A DNA stretch of 64,000 nt from Schmidtea nova (lineage: Eukaryota), in NCBI GenBank assembly GCA_044892505.1, contig CM097882.1, positions 451,918,001-451,982,000 of the forward strand, read 5' to 3'. A model generated the notes under the pieces. It had not been told where the DNA came from, searched no databases, and was given only the letters and a program-made list of their open reading frames with translations. This document shows, piece by piece, positions 15,301 through 27,117 of this stretch; the stretch's first letter is position 1, and the number at the start of each line of letters is the position of its first letter. Position numbers and translations under genes: made by a program.

Positions 15301-18300
15301 TTTCAACATTAACTATTGCCAAAATAACGCCATAATTAATATGAATTATAATTAGCTAAACTAGAAACATAAAATGTTATTTATCAAATTTTCTCCTATC
15401 GTGCTTTCTCTCATTTGTTTCAATTGTCGCTTTGGAAATATCTAGGTTTTTTTTCAAAAAAAAAATTGAACATATTTTGAATGTATTATTTTTATCAATT
15501 AGTTTTCCAAATGTGAAAGTCGAATAAAAAATTACCACAATATTATGTTATTCAAATTGGCCAAATAATCTATGAAAAATTAAATGCATCTTTTAATGCA
15601 TACAAACAAAACTATTGGGTGAAACTAGATATCAATTTTAAAGCTTATAAATATTAATCTTAAATTTAATACACAAATTGTATAGCATTGTTAATAAACA
15701 AGAAAATGAAATCATACAACTTTTCATGGTACGTCTAGTCGAAATGACTTTAGTTACAGAGGCTCATATTTTCATTTAAAATGGCTACTTGGTACATGAA
15801 GATCAATGCGACCCAACTCGATATACGTAGAATATATTTGCTTTTAAGTTGTTTATCATCCACAAAATGTTTTATTCAGAGCATTTTTAAAAGATTGAAA
15901 AACACATTTTTGCAGCCCTTGATTGTACATAGAATAATTCAATCAATTCCTTATTGCAAATGGAAAATGGTAAAAAGATGTTACTTATAATTTATAAAGA
16001 AATCTATTAAATTGACACTTATAGTCAGGAATACCGATATGCCGAGTTATTTTAGGGGTTTGTGAAATCGTGTGGTCTTTATCATTGGCAAAACACACTT
16101 AAAGCATAAAAGGGCAATGTATGGAATTCATCGTCAAAATGCAATAAGTTCAAACAAAAACAGTTGGGCACAAAAATGTATACTGGAAAATACGGCGATG
16201 AGCTGGAATTACTGTCACAATTTAACAGATTTTTGATGATCCAGGCACAACTAAGGCACTAGTGTCACAACCCATCAATGATATGTTTATGATGCGAATA
16301 ATCATTACAAGATTTTTCAACAAATTCATCAAATCTCTAAATTTCACCTATTAAATCCAAATTTTATCATAACTTTTATTTTTAATCAACATGACATTTT
16401 TATTTCTATTTTTCTGAAAATCGACTTTTCTCTATGGAATAATGCATAGTTTACTTATCTTAGCCAAAGGTTCTTGAAAGACAGTTATTTATTTTTTGAA
16501 AATGTAATATTTCAAAAATGCATTTGTCTTTAGTAATTCTTTTTAATCTTCGACTCAAGAAATATATTTGAATTTCAAAAAGAAAATTTTGGTTTATTTT
16601 TAATGATAAATTTTTAGCATTTTTCTCTATTAAACCAGAAATTATAAGTAGAGCCGTCTCAAACCTTNNNNNNNNNNNNNNNNNNNNNNNNNNNNNNNNN
16701 NNNNNNNNNNNNNNNNNNNNNNNNNNNNNNNNNNNNNNNNNNNNNNNNNNNNNNNNNNNNNNNNNNNNNNNNNNNNNNNNNNNNNNNNNNNNNNNNNNNN
16801 NNNNNNNNNNNNNNNNNNNNNNNNNNNNNNNNNNNNNNNNNNNNNNNNNNNNNNNNNNNNAAAATTATTTTCTGAACAGTGTAATTTGGATTTTCAACAT
16901 TGTATTGGAGATAAATCTTTATCCAACGAAGAAGCTAGATGTAAAGCTAAAGATTTAGTCAACACATATTCATCAGATTTGTAAGAATAATTTGTAGATG
17001 AGTTTATAATGTTTTCTTCAATGTATAAAGATAAGAAATCTGTAGCAGATTTAATAAAATCACAAATTACAGACAAATTACAGACAATTTTTTCAAATGT
17101 AAATATTGCATTTCGAATTTATCTCTCTATTATAGGAGCAAATGCAGAAGGAGAACGATCATTTTCCAAATTGAAGCATATAAAAAATTATATTCGTTCA
17201 ACTATGAATTGAGATCACCTCTCATCATTGGCTGTTCTTTGCATTGAGAGTAATCTTACTCGTGATATGAATTTTGACGACATTATTGAAGATTTTGCCA
17301 AAGAAAAATGGCGAAAATAAATTATTATTTAAAATTTTTCAGTTCCGTTTTTATATTTGAAATTATTTATTTTCGTTTTTTTTATATTTGAACTTATTTA
17401 ATTTTTTTTTAACTAAAATTATTTTGTTTTTCTTTGTATATATATGTATGTATTTTATTTTTTCTTCGTAGGCCCCCTTAAAGTTCGTAGGCCATAGGCA
17501 TGGTGCCTATGGTGCCTATTGGATAAGGCGGCTTTGATTATAAGCCTAATCGCACTCTTAGGATGTTTAACAACGATCTATTAATTTAGCTTCTATTGTT
17601 TACTTTACAGTTATATTAATAAATTTCGTAAATGATATATTTATTAGCAATAACCCATTTAAATAACAACACCAGTTTTATAGGACTTGAAGTTAGCGTT
17701 TGCATAGTGTAATTTTTTATAAAATAAAAAAGATTAACAAATTACTGTTGTTTTTTTGGTTAATTAATCTAATGTTACATTTTATTTTTATTTTATCAAT
17801 ATCTACAAAGTAGATTTTCTTGTTTATTTTTTGTATAGCACAAAAATTTTCAGGCAAAGCCTTTTTCCCTGCCAAAACTTGTCGTACTTTATAAAATGAA
17901 AACAACATTTTTATATTTAGTCTTTACATAAAAAATGAAAGTATATTTCAATTCTTTTTAAAATCGAATTTATTTATAGAATTTATCTGTCGCCTCGGAC
18001 CTCTGGTAAGACATATAGATAAGACATTTATCTAGTTCAGTAATTTCAAGCGTTAGCATTATGTTAAACGCGCGCGACTGACGTGTGTTACTACTCACTA
18101 CAAAGACTTCCTTCACATCAATCAATTGATATTATCACTTTTTATGAATAAATAACGGATGTCACTTGTGCCAAACGCCAGTAAAGAATGAGTAAAAATT
18201 TGCGTAATTAATATAGTAATAAAATTACATTTTCATTTCTGATATTTACAACAACAAAAATTTATTAATTATAACCTTCTTTTAGTGTAGACTTTGATTT

Positions 18301-20948
18301 TTTTAAACTTTAATTACTCAATAATTACAAATGTACTTTAAATTTGATAAAAATGCAGATCCGAATTTAGAAATAATTATATAACAAAAACAATTATTAA
18401 ATTTGAATATGTTGAATTGTAATCAATATCTTATCAACAAAATTGATAGAATATTCTAGAATCAATATTACTCATTAACTAATTCTTTTTTACTTGTTTT
18501 AAGAACAATCAATCTTTCCGGATTGGCAACACACAATGCACGAATGCACACAATCGCAATCACAATCACAGGCAACGCACACATTAATGCATACACACAC
18601 GACCGAATAAATCAATAACAGAGATTTGAAGAAATAATTGATAAACAAACATTACCTGTCAGATGAATAAGCAAATGCAACAACAGATTGTCTAACCATA
18701 ACGATCGGTATATAAAAGGGCATCGTTAGCAAGCGCATGACATTAGTGTGATCTAAAATGAAAAAAAAATTTAATTAATTGAAAATAATTGATATTTTGT
18801 TCATAGAACTATTTCAAATAATCAAAAACTTAAAAATATTTTTATTTATTTAAATTCAATTAAAAATTATAATAAATAATTTACTGTCAAAATATTAATT
18901 CGAAAATTGAATAATTTTGAGAATTAAAATAATAAATGACATAATTAAGCAGTTGTGCTCACAATTTATACGATGAACCACTCACATGCAGCTTGTCTGA
19001 TATGACGCATCGAATGCCTAACAACAGTTGTTGTCATGCCGGCAATCCATTCTATCAGCAGACTGATCATTGCTAATGGACTGCAGAAAATATTATCCAA
19101 TTTCCTATTAGATTTCCACAGATCAGATCTATGAGATTTTCTCGTTTGCCATTTCGACAATTTAGATCTTTGATTGAGATTCGATTGTTGACATGAGTCG
19201 ATATCGTATTGTTCGTCGCCAGAAATAGCGCCCGATAATTCTTCATTCGCTTCATCCGATTCGTCATTCGGTAAACCTAAACCAGTTAAATTCCGAAAAT
19301 AAATTTAGATTTGTGTTTTCTTTTTGTATTTACCAAACATGTTTCTCTGGAACCATTGGGTTTTGGTTTTGTCTCTGTGTTGCATGACCGGCCTAAATAT
19401 AATTCATCAACAGTTGAGATCGGGAGAAAGTGATGAAAATTTGATTGCAAACCTAATTGAATTGGCATTATTAGATCCGAAATTGCCCAGCGCGTGGTCT
19501 GAATCAATGTTATCGGAGCCCATTCCTTCATCGCCTGACAAATCATATTTGCCAATATTTGTTCGCTTCGACTTATCGTTCACAATCTCCTCGGGCCCGG
19601 AATTGTTAGTATTGGTATTCAAACTACCAAATTTATAAATATCGTGTTCATCAATTTCTCGAACAAATGGGATTGTAGACGCACTGTGCACTTGCGATGT
19701 GGCATACGTACGAGAACGCAAAACTCTCTCGCTGTCTCCAGAATGGTTTCTAGTTATTTTTGGTTTGAAATTATTTCCCATTGTTTTTCAAACTTACTTT
19801 CTACGATTTGGAGTGCTCGACTGACTAATGGTCGCCTTGATACTTGAAGATCTCCTCATCGTTTCTTTGTCATTGGTTTGATTGTCATATTCAAATAATT
19901 CCGTATCTTTATGATTATAATTAAACAATCATCAATAAATCAATTATTTATGAATTATTTAAATTCAATTACTAAGGATGTTAACATTTTCATAAGTAAT
20001 GAGTAAATCTCGAGAATAAAAACAACAAAAATGTGCAATTATACTGTTTTCGGGAGTTCTATTTTCAATTTGTTAAACGTTTGCCGTATTTGTCCGCTAG
20101 AATTATCAAAATTAGAAATCATTAACAATTCATTTTCATGAATTCACCTTTTATCATATCTTTCAGGCAAAAGTTCAAAAATATTTTTTAAAGTTTACAA
20201 AAAAGATTAAAGATTTTGATGAAAAAAAGCGATTTAATAGATGTATTATTTGAAAAAATGGCAAAGTTGATGTAAACTATTAGACGGTATCGATAAAAAA
20301 ATTGCATAACTATGCGCTCTGGCACCCCGCAATTACCCTGTCCAACCCTCAGCCCTGCCTAAAATCTTAAACTTCTTTAAATCATTGAGATTTCTATGGA
20401 CCCATTTTTTTATTTTTTTTTTGAAAATGACGCGGTTTTATTTCAATATATCAATCTCTATATACGCTTCCTATTTGCCTTTTCTAATTTATTTCTTATT
20501 TCAATGACTTTTTAAAATATGTGAAAAAAGAAATCAAAGATTACTGCAATGTTTATTTCGATCTGTAAAAAGATCCTGATCACACCAATGCGGAATTCTT
20601 TTTAATTGAATTATCACTTTTTACTGTTTTTCTTCCTTTCGTTCAACTCTCATTTAAAAAAACATTGCGGTGAAGGCAAACCATTTTTAATTATATTATA
20701 AGCTTTCTCATTTGATAGTATGACTTTTGCATTAGATAGTGCTAATGTTTTATTTATTAGTATTAGTACCCATCAACCGTCACAAGGGATTTTCTCATAT
20801 CTCGGATTTCCTTCGGGAAACCCTCTCGGCCTAGATTTTTAATAATGCACAAATCAGAAGGCCATACCTATTTTGTGAATAAATACATAGATCTATAACG
20901 TAAAAAATAAATATAAACCAATATCGTAAAATAGAAAAGTTGACCTAA

Positions 20949-21027
<79 letters not shown>

Positions 21028-23535
21028 GTAAAAAAAATAAATATAAACCAATATCGTAAAATAGGTTTAACTTTTGTTTTTTTCTTTTTCGTGATGATTA
21101 ATACGTTGACATCTATACTTTCTAAGAGTCCCCTTTCAACTTTATAATATTTTATATGCATTTATATTTTCAATTGACATTTTTTCTAGTTTTTTTCTGT
21201 CTGAGATATGTTTATTTTAAAATCTACAACTCAATTAATTAATTATTGAGCCTCCTATGTTTCCTTTAATTCCTGTTAAATTTACAATATAGCATTTACT
21301 AACTTTTCTGTTTAACAACTATCGTTAAAATTAGTATATCCTATGTATAGTCCGAGAAAACAAATTTCTTTAAATGTGACTCGGGGTTATGAAAAGGTTT
21401 AAATAACGAGCTTTTAGGCCCCCATCATTTTCTTTGCTATCTATGGCGCGCTAACTTATGTGGTCATGACCAGTAATTACTTTACTGTTTCGTGTAACCT
21501 TTTAAAGATTTGCGCATTATGTTGGAAAACGGATTAAAACTTGTAACACCAACAGTCTACTTTTGGAGTTCTAACCTTAGTCAATAAATCAGCATTCACA
21601 CTGATTAATAATGAACGAACGAAACCCAATTGTAAGTAGTCATTTTACACCTCAACATCTTCAGTAAGTGATTTTTGACCATTAAAATAATTTTAATTCA
21701 TGATTTGTATTGAAAAATGTTTTTTTTCCAATAATGATTTGCATAAGTATTTTTGTGATATTATTCTAATGGGAAACTAGTTTCGGGTTTGTTTTGTCTA
21801 TAGACCATAACATGTAAAAATAAACTCGGTCACGTATAGACGAATGATAAACTAATCAAATAGACATGAACATAAATAAAATTTTAATAGAGTTCTGATT
21901 GCAAAGGCTGCAATAAAATGACATCAAAAGTAGCATGGATCGTTTTTCTGGGAATAGGAAAAGGGATTATGGAATAAAAAATAATTAAGTTAAACTGTAC
22001 TCAAGAAATGGAAATAAATTCCGTTAAAATTCCAATAAGCTTCAACGTTCGAAAAGAATAAGTTGCGAATGAGATTCCAAAGATAAATTTATCAGATTTT
22101 TGAAAAAAACACCAAGAAAGGATTGCTACAGTTTTATTCAACTGTGTCCATTTAACATACGCTTTATTGATTTTGTTTCTACTGTTGATTTTTGGTTACG
22201 TTTAGCAGACAAATTCGAGTTTAAACACGATCGCATAACTCAATATCGGTTTCAAAAGTTTTCTAATATAGACCTGATGACGAAAGGAGGGGGTTGATTG
22301 TCACGGACATTCACTGGCGATTGATGTCAAGTAAATAAAAGCCATTTTAAAAAAGAGATCAATTCAAAACAATTCCAGAGATTGCAGAAATAAAATGTTA
22401 ATCTTTCATGAATATTTTTACATATTCACCAGAACTGCCACGTTTACATATGACATCAGTCAAGGATTACCAAATCTCCATAGCGACATCTTACTGTATA
22501 TTAAACAAACAGTTGTAGATTAATTGAATGAAATAAACTACCCAACTATACATCGTCCAGCTTACTCTTCATTCAACTGTCAACTTTTCACATTTGAGTA
22601 AATATTTAAAAACATTCACACTTTTATGGAATTTATTTTTCAAATTTATTCTTTTTAGCAGCAAAGGTTCATAACCCTTTCTAAAAAATTATTTGGTCGC
22701 TCATTACTGGCAATATTAATATATTTGTTAGATATTTCCATTGGAACTCTGATTTTCGGAACTGCTATTTTTAAGTGTTTATTTCCCTTGAAAAAAGGCA
22801 GTGTAGAAAATTCATGTTCCAATGAAAAATAATTTGATTGATTGTCTTAAAAATGAAAATAACTGAAATAATAAAAGATCAAAGATGACTAAAATTAAAT
22901 GCATTAATGATAAATTTACCTTTATAAATTTTAAGAATAATTAAAAAATTCAATTAATAATTGTGAATTTTCGACAAAAATTATTTTGCAAATATTTACA
23001 CAAATTTACCGATGTTAATTTCTAATGTCAATTATTCTAAAATAGTAAAATGTCGTTTCTAATTAAAATGATAACAAAACTAATTTTAACCAATTTCATT
23101 TCATCTGATAAATTTTGAAAATAAAAAATTAAATTAAATTATTAAAAATTATTTATTTATACACAATTTCGATTTAATAAATTTTTAAATTGCTATTTTA
23201 TTAAGAAAATTTGAATATTTTTTTTATTTTGCAAACTGAAATAATGATTTAAATTAAATAATTACAAGTTAAGCTTACCTAATATGGTTTTACGTATACT
23301 ATCTCTCATAAGGTGAGGCTCGTTAACATTTGGTTTCTCTGGCTTTAATCTATAGCTACCACTTCAAAAATATTGACTAATAAAAAATAATTTGTGCTAA
23401 TTTACCTATCTGCATACGTGTAATTTGTTCGTTTTTTACTAAATAAAGTAAATTATAAATATAAATTCACAAAACTTACTTATGAAAATAATCAACGTAA
23501 TTTTCATTATCTGTATAATCGTTCCTCCAAAACAT
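200..23535 (-). CDS. SUN-domain inner nuclear membrane protein (SUN1/2-like), multi-exon; last exon(s) lie left of the window
   Basis: Hand-spliced GT-AG exons with consistent phases: 23535-23480, 23349-23279, 19906-19798, 19749-19453, 19392-19334, 19276-18986, 18752-18656, 14555-14188, 14052-14022 (tentative), 11807-11679, 9039-8853, 7028-6842, 6666-6385, 3733-3451, 3397-3217, 292-200 (907 codons so far). Domain order is nucleoplasmic S/D-rich N-terminus, TM helix, coiled coils, SUN domain. Confidence 0.85.
1783..1852. repeat. (AT)n microsatellite
   Basis: About 35 perfect AT units. Confidence 0.95.
3217..3733 (-). CDS. SUN-domain exons (3733-3451 and 3397-3217, 53-bp intron)
   Basis: Spliced translation ALNLFAADQIGMPDFALESAGGTIATTRCTETY..IFGIPLM..SPRTIIQPSFYPGECWPMRGSRG..IDHIPKSISPSGSIDSA matches the SUN1/2 motifs DFALES-GG, SPR--IQP---PG-CW and HIPK--SP-G---SA. 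Confidence 0.95.
3940..5030 (+). mobile_element. Degenerate, 5'-truncated Penelope-like retroelement (RT C-terminus + GIY-YIG endonuclease) in a SUN intron
   Basis: AIIFMDYLE, YTRCVDDIF (YVDD mutated), GSLELLDL thumb, NIVYSIMCNKCEEIYIGSTLRTLHQRIKEH; stops and frameshifts present. Confidence 0.85.
7351..8330. repeat. Exact 490-bp tandem duplication (7351-7840 / 7841-8330) next to an N-gap
   Basis: Identical sequence at a 490-bp offset; contig edge at 8408. Confidence 0.85.
8222..8398. mobile_element. Tigger/pogo-like MITE
   Basis: Starts TA|CAGTAATCCCTCGA and ends in an imperfect inverted copy (CAGTTCAAGAGATTACAG); a partial copy is in the duplicated unit. Confidence 0.4.
8408..8747. other. 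Assembly gap (N)
   Basis: Run of N. Confidence 1.
9740..10005 (+). pseudogene. Degenerate transposase C-terminus (hAT-related, ND-AERGV-L type)
   Basis: LYMDVLVYINDCAER-(GA)n-VALIHTFNVSRNDEEQR*YILQVVEKYK; in-frame stops; the (GA)n tract at about 9878-9904 expanded inside the AER codons. Confidence 0.55.
11192..11525. mobile_element. hAT (Charlie-type) MITE, 334 bp
   Basis: Perfect 14-bp TIR CAGTGGTTCTCAAA/TTTGAGAACCACTG and 8-bp TSD AATTACAG on both sides. Confidence 0.92.
12315..12356. repeat. (AT)n microsatellite
   Basis: About 21 units. Confidence 0.9.
13236..13886 (+). mobile_element. Internally deleted piggyBac-like element
   Basis: TTAA on both sides; GACGTGTATACACG palindromic subterminal motifs; degenerate acidic N-terminus followed by PFDFLGNPG..FLFYLDKYLKNEFLCIIVEQIN, typical of the PGBD transposase N-terminus. 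Confidence 0.55.
14188..14555 (-). CDS. Transmembrane exon of the SUN gene
   Basis: ILCSILWLLFLAVIVIGLLHLFL hydrophobic helix; acceptor TTTTTTAG at 14556; phase fits the exon at 18752-18656. Confidence 0.75.
16649..17536 (+). mobile_element. hAT transposon (ZMYM1-like transposase C-terminus); most of the interior is hidden by the gap 16668-16860
   Basis: 8-bp TSD ATTATAAG at 16641-16648 and 17537-17544; imperfect TIR TAGAGCCGTC / GGCGGCTTTG; dimerisation motif IFSNVNIAFRIYLSIIGANAEGERSFSKLKHIKNYIRSTM with stops. Confidence 0.9.
16668..16860. other. Assembly gap (N)
   Basis: Run of N. Confidence 1.
20949..21024. repeat. (TAT)n microsatellite flanked by a ~38-bp direct repeat
   Basis: About 25 TAT units; AACGTAAAAAATAAATATAAACCAATATCGTAAAATAG occurs on both sides. 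Confidence 0.9.
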
Positions 23536-25288
23536 TGTGGAATTAAAAATATATATATATTTAAATTATAAATTTTATAAAAAAAAATTAATAGTCTAAA
23601 TTAATTGAAATTTTATCAGTTACAATATTTAAACAACGAAATGTAAAAGGGTTTTCAGTTTATAAAAATTATAAGATATGTTATGTAGCATATCAAAATG
23701 AAAATAAAATTTAGTTTTTCAAATTAAAATCTATCTCAAAGACAATTATAATAACAAAATTTTTTTTTTATTTCTTTCTTAATGATAAATGTGTCGCCAA
23801 TTTCAAATGTTATATTTCCTGTTCTTTTGAAATTGTAATTTTTTTATCATTTTTGAAAATTTTCACTTTGTAAGGTATTAGTTTTCTATCCTCTTCTACA
23901 CAGTTTTCAGCTTTATTCCATTTATAACGAATCATTTTTCCAAATACTATTTATAATGGATAAACCTTGTAGAGTCTTGTACAATGATATTAATCATAAA
24001 TTCAATCTCAGACATAAACTCAGTCAAGTACTTTTGTCTGTTGTCTTTTACAGAAATCTACAATGCATCTTTAGTTGTGCAAAATTGTCTCTCTATTTGT
24101 CCGCTTTTTAAATGATAAGGGCTTAAAAGCTGAATTTTGATTTAATTTGTCATATTTTTTTAAAAATTAAGATATAAAATCTTTATTTCTCTCAGAAAAT
24201 AATAATGTTTGGCAAAAAACAAAAATGGTAAATTAATTTGTTTAAAAATGGTGTGAAAATCCTAAAATCTGAACACGCGCAAGAAGTTGATATAACATTT
24301 TAAATAGACGCCCAATAAATCCTTTAAAATATCTTACAAATAGTACATAATTAAAAGGAAAACAATTATAATATTAAAGATAAACAAAATTTTGCAAGAA
24401 GTAAGCACGAAATGTACATAGAAAATAACACGAATATTCCTAGACAACTAAGAGCAAAAGAGACAGCAAGAAAAATAAAATATTTATCATAGAAAAATAT
24501 AGAATTTAATTTGGAAAAACATATAAAAATATTTATAATTGTTAGGCAAAGACTGAAATTTGTTTAAATAAAGTGATAATACAGCATGTAGAAAGCGAGC
24601 AAGAAGTAAACTAAAAATCCTAACCTGAGAAACTCCTCATATGGACAAGTATGATATGAAACGAGCTCAGGTGAGTAGGCGCAACTTAGATAGAAAAAAA
24701 TGGGTCAGAAAGCTAGAAGAACCCTAGTTGACTAATGATCTACCTAAGAGACTAATGACGGTACAACATGATTGCTGGACCATCATTAGAACTTAAAAGA
24801 AAAAGATTATACTTTCTAAATTATAATAATGTAATTGAATAAATAGAAAAAAATGAATTTGTGAATGATCGATTTTGTTACTGAGTCAGTGTGACAAGTA
24901 CTATGAATCAAAAAGGAAATAGGATCTGTGCAAATTTCAGTTTAGTTTAATTTATGAGTTCAAAAATAATAATAAAATTCAAATTTAAAATAATATCAAA
25001 TATTTAATGTAATTCAATTTAATATTGTGTTGTTAAGCTTTATTATTATCTGTTACTGTTATTGTGAAGGCTTGGATTATTCCCCCTTTTTTGCTAATTT
25101 TTATTATTTAATTATAATTATTAAAATTCAAATTAAAAATTTGAATATAAAGCTTACTATAGTAATTAACTATAGTAAGCTGAAAAAAATTTTTAAAAAA
25201 TCAATATTAAAAATTAAACAACAATTTATCTATTAAAAGTTATTACAATTTATTACAATTCCAAACATATTTATTACAATTCCAAACG

Positions 25289-25425
25289 TTCAAATATTTC
25301 AAGCCAGTCGAATATTCCAAGTCGAATATTTCAAGTCGAATATTTCAAGCCGAATATTTCAAGTCGAATATTTCAAGCCGAATATTTCAAGTCGAATATT
25401 TCAAGCCAGTCGAATATTTCAAAAT
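25289..25425. repeat. 14-bp tandem repeat (TCGAATATTTCAAG), about 9 copies
   Basis: Visible directly, immediately left of the giant element insertion site. Confidence 0.9.
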
Positions 25426-25805
25426 CAGTCGAATCAAATTTATTATCATGTTGGATCCACCATTTGGTCCACATTTAACATAAAAAATAATAATAAGAAG
25501 AAATAAATAGGAACAAATTAAATGAATATAATTACGAGAAATATCAGTAAAAAACGAATTAAAATGTAATAAAGACTATTAATTTAATATCAAAATTAGA
25601 AGAAAAGTAAATGGAAAATGTAAAAGTGTTAAAGAAAAATGATAGTTAATTATATTTAAATAATAAGAAAGCGAAATAAATAAGTAAAAAAAAGAAGAAG
25701 AATTAATAAAAATTCGGTAAATTAAAACAAGAAAATGAAAATCATATTTGTTAATAAAATTGATTTTATTTTTACTAGAATTGTATTGATGACCATCAGA
25801 TTGAT

Positions 25806-25850
25806 GCTGATTGGTCAATGAACTGATCTGGTCAGTATAAATACTGATCC
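25806..25850 (+). promoter_or_regulatory. LTR promoter: ATTGG (CCAAT box) + TATAAATA at 25836 (copy at 48039)
   Basis: CTGATTGGTCAAT...CAGTATAAATA(C)TGATCCA is conserved with the diverged solo LTR (57381-57426) while the surrounding sequence is not. Confidence 0.7.
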
Positions 25851-26029
25851 AGATTCAGATAATTTCAAGGTAGTTTATGTTACATTTTTTAACGTAAAGT
25901 TATATGCTCTTTTGAATCAAATTTTGCTATTGGAGGTATGCTTATTATTTTTGTTATATATATTTGTGAATTTTGTCATTGCCATTAGCTAAATAAAACT
26001 TCTTTTAAAAATATCTTATTTTTATTAAG

Positions 26030-26382
26030 CTTCTTCCACTGTGTAATCAGTGGAAGGAGATAAAGGTATTCATAGGATTTATCATAATTAAATTAAGCTT
26101 CTTCCACTGTGCAATCAGTGGAAGGAGACGACTCTATTTATATATTTATTTATCCTTTATTGAGCTTCTTCCATCGTGTAATCGGTGGAAGGAGGCAACA
26201 TTGTGTATGATATTAACAATTAGGTTGAAGAATATTTTTATAAACAATTTTTGGGTCGAGCTTCTTCCCCTGTGAAATCAGTGGAAGGAGGCGAATATAT
26301 ATATTATTTATATACAGTAGATACAGTAGAAATTACGTATGATTTAAGGGGCTCCGATCACCGTGCAATCGGTGAAATGGAG
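26030..26382 (+). other. Array of five ~12-bp-stem hairpins with TG(T/C/A)AAT hexaloop (copy at 48233-48585)
   Basis: CTTCTTCCACTG-TGYAAT-CAGTGGAAGGAG at 26030, 26098, 26165, 26261 and a variant at 26352, separated by unique AT-rich spacers. Confidence 0.85.
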
Positions 26383-26853
26383 GCATACTGTGCCGAGTAG
26401 AATGACTGCTCCGTACAGTTGGGCCGTCCGACCGGTGTATAGCGCCGTGAAGAGGGTAGGAATTTTTATTTTAACCATGATTTCTAACCTTATTTTTCAC
26501 TGGATAGTATAACCAGTTGAAGTTTTATTTTATAACCGATTTGATTTTATGAGTTTATAGTTGAGTAGAGTTTGATTTTAGTTTGAGACAGATATAGCTG
26601 CGATCTTATTAACCTGGTTTTACCTTGAGATTCACAGAGTGTTAACGTATATTTTTCGATTGTCACATCTGGGGTTTGTGGGCATAGAGCGGCAGATACA
26701 CGGTTAAGAATTTGTACAAAATACATTTTTTAAATATAACCATTTCAAAAATCGATAATTCAATAGCGTAGTGATCTACTACGCAAGTAACATAACAGCA
26801 ATAGGTTATAGGATCAAACATTCCACATAAATAATTAAATATAATTGCTTATC

Positions 26854-26989
26854 CTGAACCCTGTACATAGGGCAGTAGATCTTAGTTTATTTAACTAATT
26901 TTGTAACCTGATTGCTGTATATAGCACAGGCGTGAATAAATAAAATGTATTAAGAAATAAATGTATCTGATCGCTGTACATAGCGACAG
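26854..26989 (+). other. Array of three bulged hairpins with GTAYAT hexaloop (copy at 49057-49192)
   Basis: CTG-AA-CCCT-GTACAT-AGGG-CAG; CCTG-AT-TGCT-GTATAT-AGCA-CAGG; CTG-A-TCGCT-GTACAT-AGCGA-CAG. Confidence 0.8.
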
Positions 26990-27117
26990 TGTTGAAAGTG
27001 TAATAGGTAAATCATTTTCTTTTCCTGAATTAGCAATTAATAACTGTCAAAAGTATGAGAATCGTTCGAATCAAGACTACCAATTTCATGTTAATAAACC
27101 ATCTTGAATTTTAGAGA

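Noticed and set aside
20325-20355. G-quadruplex pattern on the minus strand
   Set aside because: Single motif with long loops, probably a DNA-transposon end; no supporting evidence.
20868-21161. 97-aa poly-Ile ORF
   Set aside because: Produced by the (TAT)n microsatellite.
25579-25818. 79-aa antisense ORF repeated in both LTRs
   Set aside because: Low-complexity and AT-driven; duplicated only because the LTR is; no homologue in the sister LTR.
26030-26382. Palindromic repeats with unique spacers resembling a CRISPR array
   Set aside because: Eukaryotic LTR context, no cas genes, variable spacer lengths and diverging repeats; reported as a hairpin array instead.
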